From positions 62,001-126,000 of the forward strand of contig CM035350.1 in assembly GCA_020137815.1 (NCBI GenBank): 64,000 bases of DNA. The letters are read 5' to 3'. The translations under genes were made by a program, and so were the position numbers. The first letter of the stretch is position 1; the number at the start of each line of letters is the position of its first letter. A model generated the notes under the pieces. It was not told the origin of the DNA, made no database searches, and saw only the letters and a list, made by a program, of their open reading frames with translations. Shown piece after piece: positions 59,720-64,000 of the stretch. The DNA is from Hormiphora californensis. Its lineage: Eukaryota > Animalia > Ctenophora.

Positions 59720-62700
59720 GGTAAGTCGGAAGAACCGGTCCGTTCTCTAGAGGCGCTCATGAGGTCTCATGAGTGTGTCATGAGTGATCATGAGGTGATC
59801 ATGAGCGAATCATGACGTTTTTAGGTGTTTCAACGTCTCATGAGCGCTCATGAGTGTATCATGAGTGTATCATGAGTGTCTCTGAGCGTTATGAGGTCTT
59901 CATGAGACCTTGCTCATGAGCGGCTCATGAGACTATGTCCATCCCATCTCTGTTCATGTCTCATGAGCGCTCATGAGACATTTGACCTATCATGTGCTCA
60001 TGAAGTGATCATGAGACATGTCTCATGAGACATATGTCTCATGAGACGTTAGGTTAATTGGGGGGTTAGGGTTGGGTAGGTTGGGCTTTCCTTTAGTTAG
60101 GGACCCGTAGAGGGTAGGGCTAGGTCCAAGCTATAATGGGTAACCTAACCTATCCCTATGGCGTCCCTAGCCCTAAAGGATAACCCTAACCCTAACCAAC
60201 TAACCCAACGTCTGAGACATAGTCTATGAGACCAGTCTCATGATACATGTCATGAGCCACATGTAGGTTCAAAACGTCTCATGAGCGCTCATGAGACGTG
60301 AAACACCTAAAAACGTCTCAGAGCGGTCATGATACACTCATGAATACACTCATGACACCTCATGATACACTCATGAGCGCCATGAGAGGACACGGACAGG
60401 GTTCTTACGACTTACCAGATAAAGTACACCCCAAAACTATGTCCTCACTCGGGTTTTGTAAAGGGGGACCTTAGAGACTTGAAATTTGGAGGGCGGAAGA
60501 ACTAAAGGTCCCCCAACTACTCTGTCCCTTGCTGCACGCAGACCGGATTTTTAGACGGCCATAGCTCCACCCCTTAAGATTAGAGACTTGAAATTGTTTT
60601 GTAGGAGATCATATCCGTTCTTTGTACAAACAAATTTCAAGTCTCTATCTCAGGGAGTGAGTATGATCGTGGGAAATTTCACAAAACCCGAGGGGGACTA
60701 GTAGTTTGGGGTGTTGTACTTAGCAAAGATCTTCGAACCTCCAAATTTCAAGTCTCTATCTATTCAGGAACCGATTTGGTAAGTCGAAGCAAACCTGTCC
60801 GTTCCTATCATGAGCGCTCATGAGTGATCATGAGTGGTCAGAGTGTATCAGAGGTATATGAGCGCTCATGAGACGTTTTTAGGTGTTTTCAATCGTCTCA
60901 TGGCCTCAGAGTGTATCATGCGTGAGTCATGAGGCTCATGAGCGCTCAGAGTGCTCATGAGACCTGCTCATGAGCGCTCATGAGACATATGTCTCATCCC
61001 ATCCTATGTTTCATGTCTCATGAGCGCTCATGAGACATTTTGACCTACAGTGCTCATGAGTGGTATATGAGACATGTCTCATGAGACATATGTCTCATGA
61101 GACGTAGGGTTAGGGGGTTTAGGGTTTGGGCTAGGGTTGGGCTTTCATAGGTCTAGGGACCCGTGAGGGTAGGGGCTAGGTCCAGCCTTATAATAATGGG
61201 TCACCCTAACCCTATCCTATGGGTGCCCTAGACCTAAGGATAACCCTAACCCTAACCCAACTCTAACCCCTACGTCTCATGAGACATATGTCTCATGAGA
61301 CATGTCTCATGATACACTCATGAGCACATGTAGGTCAAAAGAAGTCTCTGAGCGCTCATGAGACGTTGAAACACCTAAAAAACGTCTCATGATGCGGTCA
61401 TGATACACTCTGATACACTCATGACACACTCTGATACACTCATGAGCGCTCATGAGAGGAACGGACAGTTCCTTCCGATCTTACCAGATAAAGTACACCC
61501 CAAACTCATGTCCCTCACTCGGGTTTTGTAAAGGGGGGCCTTTAGAGACTTGAAATTTGGAGTTCGGAAGAACTTAAAGGTTCCCCCAAACTACTATGTC
61601 CCTTGCTGCACGCGACCGGATTTTAGACGGCCATAGCTCCACCCATGATAAGATAGACTGAAATTTGTTGTAGGGAGATCATATCGAGTTCTGGACAAAA
61701 ACTTCAGTCTCTCATCTCAATCAGGGAGTGGAGTATGATCGTGGGGAAATTTCACAAACCGAGTGAGGGACATAGTAGTTTGGGGTTTTTGTTACTTTAG
61801 CAAGATTCGTAACCTCCAAATTTCAGTCTCTATCTCTTCAGGAACGGCATTTGGTAAGTCGGAAGAACCTGTCCGTTCCTCTCATGGAGCGTCATGAGTG
61901 TTATCATGAGGGTCATGAGTGATCATGAGTGTATCATGAGCGTCATGGACGTTTTAGGTGTTTTTCAACGTCTCATGAGCGTCATGAGTGTATCATGAGT
62001 GTGTCATGAGTGTATCATGAGCGCTTATGAGTGCTCATGAGACCTTGCTCATGAGCGCTAATGAGCACATATGTACCTCACCCATCTCTGTTTGTCAATG
62101 TCTCATGAGCGCTCAGAAGTTTTGACCCTCATTGCTCTGGTGATCATGAGATCATCATGTCATCATGAGACCATGTATCATGAGACGTTGGGTTAGGGTA
62201 GTGGGGTTTACGGTTGGGCTAGGTTAGGGCTTCCTTAGGTCTAGGGACCCGTAGGAGGGTAGGGCTAGGTCAAAGTCTATGAGTCAACCCTAACCCTATC
62301 CCTATGAGTCCTAGATCTAAAGGATAACCTAACCCAGCCCAACCGTAAACCCAACCAACCCTAACCAACGTCTCTGAGACAATGTTCTGAGACAGTCTCA
62401 GATACACTCATGCAGCACATTAGGTCCAAAACGTCTAATGGACGCTATGAGACATTGAAACGAGATGGATGAGACTATGTCTCATGAGCCCTCATGAGCA
62501 GGTCTCATAGTCATCATGAGCGCTCATGATACACTCATGACACACTCATGATACACCATGAGCGCTCATGAGACGTTGAAACACCTAAAAAACGTACTCA
62601 TGAGCGCTTACATGATACACTCATGAACACTCATGACACACTCATGATACACTTATGAGCGCTATGAGAGGAACGGAAAGGTTCTTCCGACTTCCCCGGA
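59720..62700. repeat. Three tandem ~1.07-kb units: TCATGA-rich foldback MITE plus a second MITE as spacer
   Basis: Each unit bounded by gtaagtcggaagaacc..ggttcttccgacttac (~59721-60416, 60779-61485, 61853-62695). Spacers match 35190-35410. Confidence 0.85.
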
Positions 62701-63006
62701 TTTATGGTCATTACGAAATTTGAAATACTACCCAGGGGGTGACAGTTCAAAAAAAATCCGACTTTTATAATGTCGAATTTTTTATTTAAGCGACACGGCC
62801 GCGCGCACTCCATTAGGTTAATTGGTCATAAAACCGAGTTCCTGATAAGATAAAGAATTGATCCTGGTTGCGTTGGAAAGATAAATTTTTTTCCCCGCCC
62901 GGGTGAATGCCGAAGTAAAAAGGCATAGGGGTTTAGAATTCGACAAGTTTACATACTAGTGAGGTGTCACGGTCACAAAAGTGGCTGTAACACACTCAGT
63001 TGCGAG

Positions 63007-63890
63007 GTACTCATTATTCAGCATAACATAAACACTTTCATTTTCATTGTTGTTATAGCTGAAGACGTCTGACATAGATCAGTCGAAAGCTCCTTCTTAA
63101 TTGAATATTAGTACTGCAAAATCGTTGTTTCTCTTAATTGATTCAAAATTGTCTGAAAAATCGTTCTTCACTGCCCACAGCTGTATCTCAAACGGTGCTA
63201 GAGCTCCAAAAAAGTCCAAATTTTTAGTTGACACACACTGATACACCAGTTCAATGATCAGTATTGTTAAATTTCATACTCATTCTACTATATATAAATA
63301 TAGGTTCTTTTCATTAGTGCAGATGTCTGGTATAACAAAGACAGAAACGAAAAAGTGTGGCTTTGCGAATAATGGAAAGGTGCTAGGAGGAGGACGCTCA
63401 TCATCAATCACCTAAGAAACGAGGTACCTAGTTTTAGATTCCAAAGCTAACTATTAAAGCAAAAATTTTGCATATTTAAAGGAGCTGCTGATTAGTCTAT
63501 AGTTGATAACTATTAGTTATACGCCATAGTTTCTACATGGTTTATCCACAACATATCTACCAATGTTGTTGACATCTTTTAGAAGCGATATTGGACGATT
63601 CTCTACTTATTGAAATGAGGAGCAGTCGAAAAGAAGAAAAACAGGAAATCTCGTTCTTACGGTATGTAGTTATCACTTTTTCTTCTCTCTCTACAGTCAC
63701 TATAACCCACTGCAAAGGGCGTAGTTGTTTAATGTAGTTTTATGTAGACATAGAGGCCAGCTTGTTTAGACTTTTAGATAAGAGTCCGCTCTGTGTTGAC
63801 TTTTTAGATAGTCGCCTGCTTTTAGACAAAGAGTTCAGAGTCCTCCTAGAGTTTAGACTTATTCGGAATCTAAACAAGAGTCCATTGTAA
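63007..63890 (+). other. NCAPH: Indel-rich duplicate of 40835-41760 (NCAPH promoter and exons 1-2)
   Basis: Colinear sequence with scattered single-base losses; the ATG reads acaaagaca; no MITE at the 41765-equivalent position. Confidence 0.85.
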
Positions 63891-64000
63891 AATTTTGAGA
63901 TAATATAATTCTTTAGGTAGCACTGCTTGTACAACTTATAACACCCCCCTTAAGCCCAGTGATGGTTCGGGCTACAAGTGTTACACAGTGAAGCGTCTAT

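Overview
Eukaryotic, intron-containing, very transposon-rich DNA, most likely a ctenophore. Two near-identical 33-44 nt segments match, from memory, the ctenophore spliced-leader (SL) exon. Host genes: a multi-exon C2H2 zinc-finger gene, an N-terminal-only RAD50, a frameshifted C2H2 array, two intronless double-F-box/LRR paralogs, the 5' exons of condensin H (NCAPH, present twice), and a tandem array of degraded or noisy intronless LRR-like/BTB genes. Mobile DNA: a hATm transposon (8-bp TSD) whose transposase is interrupted by nested insertions, many MITEs and foldbacks, L2/CR1-type LINE pieces and a tRNA-derived SINE. The top observation is that two different LINE-ORF1-type retroelements start with a genomic, already-spliced SL exon (34175-34207 and 59097-59140). 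One is a compact SL-ORF1-(TAA)n unit whose empty target site is visible elsewhere in the window. Sequence from about 42 kb on is indel-ridden, probably low-accuracy assembly, so frameshifts there may not be biological.
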